Shown: in pieces, positions 37,756-48,006 of the stretch
Layout: each line of letters opens with the position of its first letter
Numbering within the stretch: position 1 is the stretch's first letter
IMG/VR virus record: IMGVR_UViG_3300049489_000444
Coordinates: 1 to 64,000 of that record
DNA: 64,000 bases
Strand: one strand, 5' to 3'
DNA from: a virus
Notes under the pieces: model-generated
The model's database searches: none
What the model saw: only the letters and a program-made list of their open reading frames with translations
Told to the model about the DNA's origin: nothing
Program-made: the position numbers and the translations under genes

Positions 37756-39633
37756 TCATTGCGTTTTTTGTGCGGGATCTTGATCGAGACCCAACAATAA
37801 TCGGCGTGCCCCGGCGTCCGCCCCCATGAGGGCCTGTAGTCCGGCGTCGGTGGCGTCGTCGCGGGTGATGCGGAGCAGCCTACGCGTCTGCTGATTCATC
37901 GCGTAGTACTGCAGGTCCTCTGGCTCGGCCTCTCCATGGCCCTTGAACCGGGTAATCTGAGGTTTGGCGTTCTTGGGGAGGCCCCGCATGACCTCCTCCA
38001 GGGTGTCCCCGTAGATGTTTTGATCTTTGTATTGCGCTTTGAATAGCGGCGACCGCACCACCCAGACCATCCCGGCATCGATGATGGGGGCCATGTAGCG
38101 GTTGAGAAACGAGATCATCAGGGCTGTGATATGAGCCCCGTCAGGGTCGGCGTCCATCAGCAAGAGCAGCTTGGAGATGCGAGCCTTACGTGGATCACAC
38201 TTGTCGCCGATACCGGCCCCGACGGCCGTGATGATCATCTTGATTTCTTCGTTCTCCAGTAAGGACGACTTGGCTTTCTGGAGCGCATTAGGGATCTTGC
38301 CTTTCAGTCCGAGCACTTCTTGGTTGTACGGGTTACGGGCCTGCTTGACCGTGCCGCCCGCGCTCTCACCCTCGACTAAAAATGTTTCACGTTCTTCTGG
38401 TTTGCAGTCCGGGGCCTCGGCAAACTTGTTAGCCGGCAGGACTCCGCGTTTGTTCCGGTTGAACGTGACGACATTCTTGGACGCGTCTTTGTCTCGTTCA
38501 AACCGCTCACGGGCGCTCTTTAACTTGGTGGCCCGGCTGATGACGGAATCTACAACCTTAGACTGCACGTGCACGAATTTCGAGACCGTGTCCTTGAGCG
38601 CCTCGTATACCTCTGAGGCTGTCTCTTTGTTCTGGAGGGCGTCCTTGGTCTGGCCCTTAAATTGAGGATTCTTCAGTTTGACATGGATGGCCACACGCAG
38701 CCCGACACGAAGATCATCATTCTCGATAGCCTTGGTGGCCCGCGGAGCTATCGTGTTGGTGATGAGCCGCTTCAGGCCTGTGACGTGCGTACCGCCAAGT
38801 GGGGTCGGGCTGCTGTTGACGTAGCTGAACCACTTCTCGTCAGATGCGTTGGTCCAACAGAACGCGACCTCTATGGCGTCAGATTTGAACAACTGCACCG
38901 GGTGGAGGGCGTCACACTTTTCCTTGGCGACATGATCTTCGATGAAGCCCTTGAGTCCGTCCTCTTGGTGGTACCGCTCCAATTCCTCTTCATCGACTTG
39001 AAATGCGAAGGTTAAACCGGCGCAGAGATACGAGAGGTCCTTGAGCATCGTGCGTAGGACATCAGGATCGAACTTACATTTCTTGCCGAAAATATCCTCG
39101 TCTGGCGTGAACGTGACCTGCGTACCGTGTTTGTGGGAGGCCGGTTTCTTGGTCGGTATACCGCTGGCGTACTGTGGGTGCAGCTTGCCCTGCTGGAACT
39201 CCAGATAGTGCCTCACACTGTCGATTGTGCTGGCAACACGTACCCTGCTGGACAGCGCATTGACGACAGTGACCCCGACCCCATGAAGGCCAGCGCTGAC
39301 CGAATAGGCGCCTTGGCTGAATTTACCGCCAGCGCCCGCGATAAGGAACACGGTAGCCAGCGCGGACATGTTTGTTTTGGGGTGAATCCCGACCGGGATA
39401 CCGCGCCCGTCGTCCCAGATGGTCAGCGTATTGTCTTTGGTTACTAGCGTAACGCGGATCTCTGTGGCATGGCCACCCATGTATTCATCTACTGAATTGG
39501 AGAGAACCTCACGGGCCAGTTGGTGCATCCCGGCCTTCCGTGTATCGGCGATGTACATGCCGGGTCTGGCACGCACATGGTCGACATTCTGGACAACCTC
39601 GATATGCGAGGCATCATATTCCTTCGATTTCAT
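37756..39633 (-). CDS. gyrB: Type IIA topoisomerase subunit B (GyrB/ParE-like)
   Basis: RARPGMYI, EVLSNSVDE, DDGRGIP, GLHGVG, VEGESAGG, DADPDGAHI, RFKG. Confidence 0.95.
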   Translation of the reverse strand: MKSKEYDASHIEVVQNVDHVRARPGMYIADTRKAGMHQLAREVLSNSVDEYMGGHATEIRVTLVTKDNTLTIWDDGRGIPVGIHPKTNMSALATVFLIAGAGGKFSQGAYSVSAGLHGVGVTVVNALSSRVRVASTIDSVRHYLEFQQGKLHPQYASGIPTKKPASHKHGTQVTFTPDEDIFGKKCKFDPDVLRTMLKDLSYLCAGLTFAFQVDEEELERYHQEDGLKGFIEDHVAKEKCDALHPVQLFKSDAIEVAFCWTNASDEKWFSYVNSSPTPLGGTHVTGLKRLITNTIAPRATKAIENDDLRVGLRVAIHVKLKNPQFKGQTKDALQNKETASEVYEALKDTVSKFVHVQSKVVDSVISRATKLKSARERFERDKDASKNVVTFNRNKRGVLPANKFAEAPDCKPEERETFLVEGESAGGTVKQARNPYNQEVLGLKGKIPNALQKAKSSLLENEEIKMIITAVGAGIGDKCDPRKARISKLLLLMDADPDGAHITALMISFLNRYMAPIIDAGMVWVVRSPLFKAQYKDQNIYGDTLEEVMRGLPKNAKPQITRFKGHGEAEPEDLQYYAMNQQTRRLLRITRDDATDAGLQALMGADAGARRLLLGLDQDPAQKTQ

Positions 39634-39666
39634 GAGGTCTCTCCGTTACCTTCTTGGTTGGTCGTA

Positions 39667-40011
39667 TTAGGGGGTGAACCGCCAGTTTGTTCGCACCGTA
39701 CCGACCAGTGAGCCAAATGTGGTGTTGGTATTTTCAAGATTCTTCTGCGGTCTCGAACTAGCCTCTAGCGCCTTTTCAAGGTTATCCCGCAGTCTCAGGT
39801 CAGCCTCTAGCGCTTTGGCTTCCTCTTCAGCGCTCAGTGTGTCGGATACCGCCGATTGGTTCTGTACGATCTCATCTAGTTCAGCGCTTAGAACATTCAG
39901 AAAATCGCCATGAGACCTAAAGTGGACAGCACCTATCCTGCGTCCGTATTCGTTTTCGATGTATTCCTTGATGATGTTTGCGATCTCAGTTTGGTTCAGT
40001 GTGATCTTCAT
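39667..40011 (-). CDS. Hypothetical protein
   Basis: 114 aa, ATGA coupling. Confidence 0.5.
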   Translation of the reverse strand: MKITLNQTEIANIIKEYIENEYGRRIGAVHFRSHGDFLNVLSAELDEIVQNQSAVSDTLSAEEEAKALEADLRLRDNLEKALEASSRPQKNLENTNTTFGSLVGTVRTNWRFTP

Positions 40012-40310
40012 TGTAGCTCGATCCTCGTCAGGTACATCGGCGTAAGTGGACCCATGTAGGCTCCCGCGACATTGAAATCAAAGTACTCGACGGCTTCCTC
40101 ATACGTCATTTGCTTGGCAAGAACATCGATGCAGCGAGTTACGTCGTAGCATACCACGGGCGGGCTTCCGCAACGCTCTACGACGCCAACAATCGCCTCA
40201 TCGAACCCGTCAGCAAACATCAACTCATCATAGTTGTTTTCTAGCCACTCCCGCAGGTTTGCATGATTTTCTGGCACACACCCGTTTAACGACGAGGTCT
40301 TGGTCGACAT
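40008..40310 (-). CDS. Conserved phage hypothetical protein
   Basis: ADGFDEAIVG...MTYEEAVEYFDFNVAGAYMG..TP pattern common in phages; start uncertain. Confidence 0.6.
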   Translation of the reverse strand: MSTKTSSLNGCVPENHANLREWLENNYDELMFADGFDEAIVGVVERCGSPPVVCYDVTRCIDVLAKQMTYEEAVEYFDFNVAGAYMGPLTPMYLTRIELQ

Positions 40311-40585
40311 CCTGATTGCTCCTATCCGCGTCAGTCGGAACGAACCCGTACCGACATCCGCATTGTGGGCATTCGCCGATCCTGAGATCAGGTCTCGGCT
40401 TGGCCTTGTGGCTTCGTTTGGTGCTTTGTTTGAGTGCAGGTTCGTTGTTCGTTGGCTGGGGTGTAACATCCGGTCTACGGTGAGATTCGGCGTGTGCTGG
40501 TCTCGCGACACGCTTCAACCTGATAGACCTACCCCAGCCATCAGTGATCGTTTCAAAACTCGATGGTTTGGACATAGACAGGTCT

Positions 40586-40870
40586 TTACTGCCCCACAGG
40601 CACCTTCATCATGGGGTCTGTGTCGATCTCATCGGTCTTTTTAGCGGACTCTTGTTCTTTGATTTTGGCTGATGCGTCCTGATCCTCTACCTTCTTGGCG
40701 GTGAGGCTGATGTCGACGATGCCGACCTTAACATGCAGGTCCGGCACGACGAGATCGTGCTTGTCTACGAAGTTGGCTACCATCTCTAGCATCTCGCGGA
40801 CAATCTGTTCCTTGTTGCCAGACTTCAGCTTGGAGATAGCGGCATCTAGAAACGCTTTGGGATCGAACAT
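40586..40870 (-). CDS. Hypothetical protein
   Basis: GGAGG RBS, 94 aa. Confidence 0.55.
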   Translation of the reverse strand: MFDPKAFLDAAISKLKSGNKEQIVREMLEMVANFVDKHDLVVPDLHVKVGIVDISLTAKKVEDQDASAKIKEQESAKKTDEIDTDPMMKVPVGQ

Positions 40871-41067
40871 GTTTGCCTCCGTGGTTAAAATCAGACATAA
40901 CGCGTGGGCGCTGACTCGGATGGATAGGATTCAGCGGAGGAAGATCGGGGCGATAGCCGCTCATGGCCACAGCCACGCCGCAATACCGATGAGCGTCACG
41001 AGAATCAAGAACGACCTGATGACCGGCCAGTAGTCGTACTTCCAACGAAGGGCGAAAGAGAACTTGA

Positions 41068-42012
41068 TCACAGAATCTCCTTTCCACCGACCTTGTACTT
41101 CCTGAGTAGTTCGGTCTGTTTGGAGTCGGACATCCCAGCGTTCTTGGCATTCCTCATGAGGTTCTTCTCCGCCCACTCTAAGTCGCCATCGTCATGCATG
41201 GTGTCGAGGAGCGCCTTCATTTCCGTCCGACTCAGGTGCACGCCGTATAGGTCATATTCTTCAAAAAGCGCATAAGTACGTGGCCATAGGTCTCTGACAA
41301 TAGCCGCGACAGCCTCAGCGTAAAGTCTGATTTCGAGTTGGGCGTTAGGCCTCATGCGGAGGTTGAGGAACCCAAGCCAGTTCCGTAGATCCGTCTTGGC
41401 TCGCATCTTCGAGTAGCGCGAGACCGGCGTATTGAGGCGGGCCACTTCCTTTGCCACCCCAGCCTGTATGAGGTTGTCATAGGTGCTGTAGACGTCATGC
41501 TGTTCTCGTTCCAGTTCGTCGCGGTACGCCACGGCCATGGCTTCAGTGAACGCCTCGTCACTGCCCTGCTTGTTGGTCTTGCTCTGCTTCTGGATTCGAC
41601 CAACATCAGGCACGTAGTGCAGGTTGGGCATCACCGAATAACGAGCCGAAAATTCTGAATATGACTGAGTCCTGTGTCGGTGCCATTCCCGGAACACCAT
41701 GATGGGCGCCTGCACCTCGATCTGCAACTCGCACATCTCGAACGGTGTACTGTGCTTGTTACGGTACATGAAATCAAGAAGCCCTTTGTCTCCCGGCTTC
41801 TTCTTCCACGCATGTGGTAGGTCTGCACAACTCATACGGTGAGGTAGCCCCTTCACCTCCCCGCACTGCTCACATTGCTCACGGTCATCCCAGCCCTCGA
41901 AGCCACGACCTGTCGACATGCGTGCCGCTGAAATAATATCCTCATCGGTTCCCATGTGGTCGATGAGTTTTACGTAGCCGTGGTCAAGGACTTTGATCTC
42001 ATTCGTTTTCAT
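41068..42012 (-). CDS. thyX: FAD-dependent thymidylate synthase
   Basis: KHSTPFE, REWHRHRTQSYSEFSARY, EVARLNTP, AQLEIR; GGAGG RBS. Confidence 0.95.
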   Translation of the reverse strand: MKTNEIKVLDHGYVKLIDHMGTDEDIISAARMSTGRGFEGWDDREQCEQCGEVKGLPHRMSCADLPHAWKKKPGDKGLLDFMYRNKHSTPFEMCELQIEVQAPIMVFREWHRHRTQSYSEFSARYSVMPNLHYVPDVGRIQKQSKTNKQGSDEAFTEAMAVAYRDELEREQHDVYSTYDNLIQAGVAKEVARLNTPVSRYSKMRAKTDLRNWLGFLNLRMRPNAQLEIRLYAEAVAAIVRDLWPRTYALFEEYDLYGVHLSRTEMKALLDTMHDDGDLEWAEKNLMRNAKNAGMSDSKQTELLRKYKVGGKEIL

Positions 42013-42110
42013 CTGTTTTCTCCTCCACATAGATTTTAAGAACGCAAAGATAACACCCATTCATTTTATGGCGCGGCCAAATTACGGCTCGAATGTGTTC
42101 CTTCCTGAGA

Positions 42111-42518
42111 TTAGTCATTGAGGTTCCTCGGCTCTAACATGCAGGACGGACAAGCATCCAACACTGACCCGTGAGCGCACTTCATCTGCGCCGTCTTGTC
42201 GTCGATGACAGCGCCATCCTCCAAGAGACCTTCATCGAACAGGTTCTGGATGGACTTATCGACATCTTCGAGTCCGTAAGGGACTGAATCGACCCACGTA
42301 TCAGGAACGCTCTTGATGTCACGAACACGGCGCGCCCGTACAGAGTAATCGAAGTTACCGATATCATTGAGCATGTCGTTCAAATGTTGTTCCTGTATTG
42401 CCTCCTCTACATTCGGGATGTCATGCCCGGCATCTTCAAGCCAACAGTAGGCTTCGTACTCCAGGGTCACTCGATAAAGTGGCATTGTTTCTCCGGTTGC
42501 GGCATCAGGTGGGCGCAT
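42111..42518 (-). CDS. Hypothetical acidic protein
   Basis: ORF in the operon; start probably the second Met. Confidence 0.5.
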   Translation of the reverse strand: MRPPDAATGETMPLYRVTLEYEAYCWLEDAGHDIPNVEEAIQEQHLNDMLNDIGNFDYSVRARRVRDIKSVPDTWVDSVPYGLEDVDKSIQNLFDEGLLEDGAVIDDKTAQMKCAHGSVLDACPSCMLEPRNLND

Positions 42519-42673
42519 GTTCCAGCAGGGTTGCCGTTGTTGGGTTGCTGAAGGAGGACGAACGGTGGCTCGACGAAGTACGCCTGCCGCGACGACGGCT
42601 CCGCCGTGTAGCGATGGCAGGATTGACGCATCTGACAGTTACCGCCCGGACACATCGTGATGTCCGGCATCAC
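42467..42673 (-). CDS. Small Cys-rich phage protein
   Basis: MPDITMC....C..R..CHRY pattern. Confidence 0.55.
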   Translation of the reverse strand: MMPDITMCPGGNCQMRQSCHRYTAEPSSRQAYFVEPPFVLLQQPNNGNPAGTCAHLMPQPEKQCHFIE

Positions 42674-43254
42674 TCAACCTCATGGTGGGTCGGCACGACC
42701 TCTCCAATCCTAAGTGCTTGGCCGCCCACTTCGTTCTGGGCTACGCTCTTGAGATCGTTCAACTCATCAGCCTGCACCGCAGACCCCTTCAGGAGATCGA
42801 TGACGTCGATGGGGCGCACAACAGAACCCTTTAGGAGATCGATGGGTGCGTTTTCGATCTCGCTGATGAATGGCGGATTCGGGCCTAGCCTCAAAGAGTG
42901 TATGATGGTGGCGGCCGCTACATTCATGGCCGGCGCATGGTAGATCAGTGCTACGAACCGTTCACCAAGAGCCTCAATGACGATCGCATCTTCAGTATCG
43001 ACGGTGATGTTGATGGCACGACCGTCAGCGAGTCCGTTGAGCTTTCCGCTCGGGCCGAGAATGTTGACGAGCGTGTCTTGACGGATAACCTCAACCGAGC
43101 AGAGCAAGACATACCTATAGGACGCTGCATGCACGGTCAGGCGCGCAGCCAGTCCTTGACTGATGGCGTTTTGCTCGGCCTCTTCCTCGGAATACCCGAG
43201 ACCCAACAGATCGCCAGAGATCCAGCACCGAGCTTCGAACGGTGGTAGCCGCAT
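42670..43254 (-). CDS. Hypothetical protein
   Basis: AGGAG RBS, 194 aa. Confidence 0.5.
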   Translation of the reverse strand: MRLPPFEARCWISGDLLGLGYSEEEAEQNAISQGLAARLTVHAASYRYVLLCSVEVIRQDTLVNILGPSGKLNGLADGRAINITVDTEDAIVIEALGERFVALIYHAPAMNVAAATIIHSLRLGPNPPFISEIENAPIDLLKGSVVRPIDVIDLLKGSAVQADELNDLKSVAQNEVGGQALRIGEVVPTHHEVE

Positions 43255-43282
43255 TAGATTTCTCCTTTGTGTGTTGATGTGT

Positions 43283-43642
43283 TTACTGCCTAGACAGGCG
43301 TTCCCACAGAGTCTTGCAGTAACCTGTGATGTTGAGGCAGCGATTTAGCTCACGGATGTCAAATTTCTTGCTGGCGTAGATCGTGAGACAGTCGGCTGAT
43401 GCTTGGTCTCCAACCCGGATATACTTCGATCTCATGTCTGCGGCGATCTTACGGATCCGATCAAAGTCCCCGTGCTTATGAAGCGTGCCGGACTTACGGT
43501 CAAACAGGATGGCCGGGCATCTCGTTGAGATCAACATATGGCCGCGATGGTCGCGCAAGATAAACGAGCCGTCCTTGGCGAACTCGTACTGGTTGCTGTA
43601 TACCTCGTCGTCATCCCTTTCCATCTGTCCCTCCAGCGGCAA
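43283..43642 (-). CDS. Hypothetical protein
   Basis: ORF following the polymerase. Confidence 0.5.
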   Translation of the reverse strand: MPLEGQMERDDDEVYSNQYEFAKDGSFILRDHRGHMLISTRCPAILFDRKSGTLHKHGDFDRIRKIAADMRSKYIRVGDQASADCLTIYASKKFDIRELNRCLNITGYCKTLWERLSRQ

Positions 43643-46577
43643 GCCACTCGCTCATCTTCTTCCAACCATCGTCAGTCCACTCGAGCTTCCTCATGTTGCC
43701 CCAAGCGATTCCGAATTCGAAATCTACTTCGAGTGGGCAGATAAAATCTACACCCCAGATATCACGGATTTTATCCATCATACAGACCGTGAAACACTTT
43801 TCGGCAACCGTCGCGGCTTCACGGATATCCTCGATAGGCACCTCAGTCACGCATGAGTCATGGACGATATTTACTATCTTCCAATCCTTCTTGTTCTGTT
43901 CAATGTAATCAAGCCACAGCCCAGCCCCAATGATACAGGCATCACTGGCCACGCCCTGGATTGGTGCGTTACGAGCAAGCCGGCTTGCGCTGGCGTGTGT
44001 CCACTCTAGGTTTGGGAATGTCTCGGCATCAATCAGGTACTCTGGTAGGCGGCGACGACGCCCCAGTGGGCTCTCGACATACGTTTGTTGTCTGGCGATC
44101 TGCTCGATCTTACGCAGCCAGCGGTTAGCCGCCGTGAACTGGTCAGCGAAATCCCTGCAGAGGCGTTTAACGTACTCGAGATCGTCTTCCTTCTTGATAC
44201 GTTGGGCGATAAGTTTCGGGCCGCCGCCATAGATGAGCGCGAACACAATCGCCTTCGTCTGTTGACGTAGGTCTTTTGCGTCCTGTTTGAGCTTCTTTAG
44301 CAGGTTGTCGATATCCTTCTTCTCCTGATCGTTTTTGGCGTTCGCAAGTTTAGCTTTAGCGGACTTGGTCTCGGCATCAATCTTGGCGAATTGATCTGGA
44401 AACATCATGCGGGCAGTCTGAAGATGGATGTCGCCCTCAGTGTCAGCCTTAGCTTTGTTCTCTGGGGTTGGGTTCTTGCGGTAAGCATCACGGGCGAATT
44501 TTCCATTACGCAGGATTGTAGCGAGTCGCCCGTCTCCTGAAATGAGTGCCCACCACCGAACCTCGGCGGCCGCATAGTCTAGCTGCATGAATACCCGGTG
44601 AACTTTTTTGCCCTTGCGCCAAGCCCCATAGGGCTGCTCAGCGCAATACATTGATTTGACGGACGCCTTCGTTGGGGTATCCGCTCGTGGAACATTCTGG
44701 ATGTTTGGCGCAGTACAGTTCGGCCGACCAGTTACGGTGTCAGTGAACCCAAAGTTGGCTCTGACTCGGCAATCCGTCGCGTGATCGATCTCTTTAGAGT
44801 TCGGATCAACGAGTTTGATGATCTTACGTGTGTATCCCGTGCTGAGCTTCTTGAAGCCGCTATACTCCTGCATCAATGCGACTTCTTTGATAGGGTCTGG
44901 CACAGGAGTTTGCTGCGTCCCGGCGTATTGCTCGTAGAACTCCTTGTTGACGGAGTGTTTGGCGGTCTTCTTTTTCTTTTTACCCACGACAGGCTTCAGG
45001 CCCAGAACTTCGAAGAACAACGCCTGTTGATGTTCTTGTGTATCGAGGTTGAACACCCACGGCGTCCCGTATAGGGGCTTCTGTCCTCCGCTGATGCGCT
45101 TGGCCAGGGCGTCATTAGCTGCCCTGACTGTCGGGAGTGCGCGTAGCTCGTTCTTGATCTCTCCCATACGATCAATCAATGGGCTGTTCTTTGACGCCAG
45201 TACCCGCAGATGTTCTAGGTCTGTGTATATGCCGTTACGCTTCAAGACACTGAAAACGCGAAACCCAGAGTTGAACACGTGCATGACCAGCTTGAGTGCC
45301 TGATCCCAGTACCCCTGAGAGCGTGCCACCATGCGCAGGTACCTGAACAGCAGCGACGTGCTGATGACATCCTCAGCCGCGTACGGGATGAGTTGTTCCG
45401 GTTTGGCTTTATACAGGTTACCAGCGGAGCGCTCATCCAATATCTGGGTGTCGTAGGCGTCACGACCGAGGTACTCACTGGCGAGCATCTTCAGGCTGAG
45501 ACCCTGCTGGATGATCTTTTGGGTCTTGACCCTATTTTCGTCCAACACGTACGTGAGGCCCATGACGTCGATCATCGGTGCGTTGGTGAATGTCTTTCCG
45601 TCGAGGATAAACTCCATAACCTGTTGTTGTTCGAATACACCAAAGTGAGTCAACCAATAAGAGAACCCAGGACGCTCTGTGAACAGCTTTCTAAGTAGCT
45701 CCTTGATGCGCACAAGATCGTCGTCCAAAAATGGACCATATTGGTAGGCATATGGTACTACCCATACCTCTTTGAATGGGTCGACACAGAACTGCAGCAT
45801 CACGAGCCCGTTACCGTAGCGGGCATTGGTGTTACGCGTCTCGACGTCGAATGAGCATGTCTGTTTTGCTGTTGTCTCATACAGCAAATGATTGACCATC
45901 TTTTCGATCTTCTCAACGGTGTCACAGTAGTGGATGGCTGGGTCTGCACGCCACCGCACAGGGTGGTGCATAGACTTTTCACCGTGCTGGGCGAGGTCGA
46001 ATGCTTTGGCGATCCCTTCGATGTAGTGAGGGATCAGGGCTGTCGAATTCATAACCTCGTGCGTCTTTATGATCGCTAGTGCTAGATAGTTCTTGCCATC
46101 TATCTCGACATCAAAAACTTTATTGTACCGCAATCTGTTGTGGTCGTGCGGACTAACCAGAGGCCGCAAGGCAGCGAGCCCGTGACAGACCAGAACTCTT
46201 GGAGTCGTCTCCTCGAGGTCTCTACACAGGTGCTTCCTGCAGTGACTTAGCTCAACCGCGTCCGGCCTACGCGGGGAACCGTCCCGGTCCATTGGTCTGC
46301 ATCGCAGCAGGCTGGTGAAGCCGTACCCGTCAGATGGGCATCCGATCTCACATATGATGTCCTTCAGGAAGGATGCGCTGCGCGTTGCGAACGCGTGGCC
46401 CTTCTTGATGTCCTCTTCAAAAGGAATATCACTGATGAACAGGAGATCGACGTGCTTTGACGGAGACGGTCCGGCCTCTGTCTTTTTCTGGATGACTATC
46501 GAGGCCACGTTGTGGCAGTTGTCGATGGACGGGCAGTATCTCTGTGTGCATTTCTGTTCTAAAATCGAGATCGGCAT
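43611..46577 (-). CDS. polA: Family A DNA polymerase with N-terminal UDG-like (SPO1-type) and 3'-5' exonuclease domains
   Basis: Motif A QLDYAAAEVR, motif B KAIVFALIYG, motif C IVHDS; Exo FDVET and YAAED; UDG family 4-like LLRCRP...RRP...C. Confidence 0.92.
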   Translation of the reverse strand: MPISILEQKCTQRYCPSIDNCHNVASIVIQKKTEAGPSPSKHVDLLFISDIPFEEDIKKGHAFATRSASFLKDIICEIGCPSDGYGFTSLLRCRPMDRDGSPRRPDAVELSHCRKHLCRDLEETTPRVLVCHGLAALRPLVSPHDHNRLRYNKVFDVEIDGKNYLALAIIKTHEVMNSTALIPHYIEGIAKAFDLAQHGEKSMHHPVRWRADPAIHYCDTVEKIEKMVNHLLYETTAKQTCSFDVETRNTNARYGNGLVMLQFCVDPFKEVWVVPYAYQYGPFLDDDLVRIKELLRKLFTERPGFSYWLTHFGVFEQQQVMEFILDGKTFTNAPMIDVMGLTYVLDENRVKTQKIIQQGLSLKMLASEYLGRDAYDTQILDERSAGNLYKAKPEQLIPYAAEDVISTSLLFRYLRMVARSQGYWDQALKLVMHVFNSGFRVFSVLKRNGIYTDLEHLRVLASKNSPLIDRMGEIKNELRALPTVRAANDALAKRISGGQKPLYGTPWVFNLDTQEHQQALFFEVLGLKPVVGKKKKKTAKHSVNKEFYEQYAGTQQTPVPDPIKEVALMQEYSGFKKLSTGYTRKIIKLVDPNSKEIDHATDCRVRANFGFTDTVTGRPNCTAPNIQNVPRADTPTKASVKSMYCAEQPYGAWRKGKKVHRVFMQLDYAAAEVRWWALISGDGRLATILRNGKFARDAYRKNPTPENKAKADTEGDIHLQTARMMFPDQFAKIDAETKSAKAKLANAKNDQEKKDIDNLLKKLKQDAKDLRQQTKAIVFALIYGGGPKLIAQRIKKEDDLEYVKRLCRDFADQFTAANRWLRKIEQIARQQTYVESPLGRRRRLPEYLIDAETFPNLEWTHASASRLARNAPIQGVASDACIIGAGLWLDYIEQNKKDWKIVNIVHDSCVTEVPIEDIREAATVAEKCFTVCMMDKIRDIWGVDFICPLEVDFEFGIAWGNMRKLEWTDDGWKKMSEWLAAGGTDGKG

Positions 46578-46586
46578 GCCGGATGT

Positions 46587-47988
46587 TTACGGCATATCAC
46601 GCTCGTCAGCAGGCGCGGCCTGCTGATAGCCGCTACCCGCATTCAGGTGGACGTACAATCGCCGTTTGACCTCCCTGACAAGGTCAGTCCAACCACCATG
46701 GTATTTCGGGTCTTGTCTGATCGAATCAGACAGACGCACAACCACGTAGATCACCTCATCTAGGGTCGGGTCAATCTTTCCGCCATGCTGCGCATTGTAT
46801 CGCGCTACGAGATCAGCCAACTCCTTCGGCGCTCCGCTCCGTGTAGACGTACATGCATGCCTTGAGTTGCCTGAGGGTTGCGCCATGTTGGGTCTCATCA
46901 CGGACTCGTTTGATCATGAAGATCGTATCGGTCCGTCCAACGATCTCATAGAATTGCTGGTCAATTCTGTGGTAGAGGCGAGCCCCGACAACAAGGTCTG
47001 CGGTCTGAGGTCGTCTCAGTTCTTGCTCGATCTCTACGCCTTCTCTGGTGAGAGAACCAGACGCAGATGTCGTGACCTGTAGATCGATCGGGATACCGGA
47101 GGCTGTCTCGATCGATGGGATCGACTTTGCTCGTATCATTGGGCGCCGGCTGGCCGGTTCAGGAATGTCGCGTAGTGCGTCGCGACTGGGCTCTGGATTG
47201 CCGCAATGAATGGCCGGCAGTTGAAGCAGCGCTGACCTCGTGCCTCCCTTGGGCAGTGCATCTCTTCATGTCGGACCGCGATATAGGCACAAATCTCAAC
47301 GAATTCGCGTTGCCGGACATCATCAATGGCCCAGACGGCAGGCCTGCCGATAGCGCTGATCATGTGGTGACTTGGGTTTGATTCCGTAAGCATGTTAGAC
47401 CTCACCGGCTATTTACGCCACATCACTCTGGGGTTTCATGTAGCCTGAGACAGATAGCCTCGATATCGAACCACTGTTCAGGAACATACATACCGTCCTG
47501 AAGGTTGCGGGTAAGATGCTTGATTTGCTTGAAATCCCAGTAGAATCGACCACTCCCGATCAAGCATTGACAGTACCGCTCTGTGCGTGGGATATGACCG
47601 CGCTGGCAGCGCGTTACCCAGTCGTTAAACCAAACGGTATTGTAGGTCCGTCTCGGTCCGAAACGCGGACGCAGCGCCTCGATGGTGGACTGCGCGGGAG
47701 TATGAGGGTCGTCTGGGTTTGCCGCCAGGACCGTTACAACCAGTAGCGCTGTAATCATGGTTCGACCTCCTTTGGTGGTTTGGCGATGACGACGTAGACG
47801 TCCATGCCGTCGTTTTCATCCCATTCACTCCAACGGACATCCAGCCCGGCCCGTTCCAGGCATTGGAGGAATTCGGACCATTCACGGTCGTCAACCGATA
47901 GGCTCTGACGGATTTCGTCCGCCGGACTTGGAGTTGTCGGGTTGAGTGATGCCTGCCATCTTCCAGTGTAACGATCGAGGATAATCAT
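46587..47988 (-). CDS. Run of five small hypothetical genes (46587-46901, 46813-47139, 47136-47405, 47423-47758, 47755-47988)
   Basis: Tightly packed, co-oriented ORFs with RBSs or 4-bp overlaps; 47423-47758 has a signal-peptide-like N-terminus. Confidence 0.45.
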
Positions 47989-48006
47989 CTCTTCTCTTCT
48001 TTCGGT

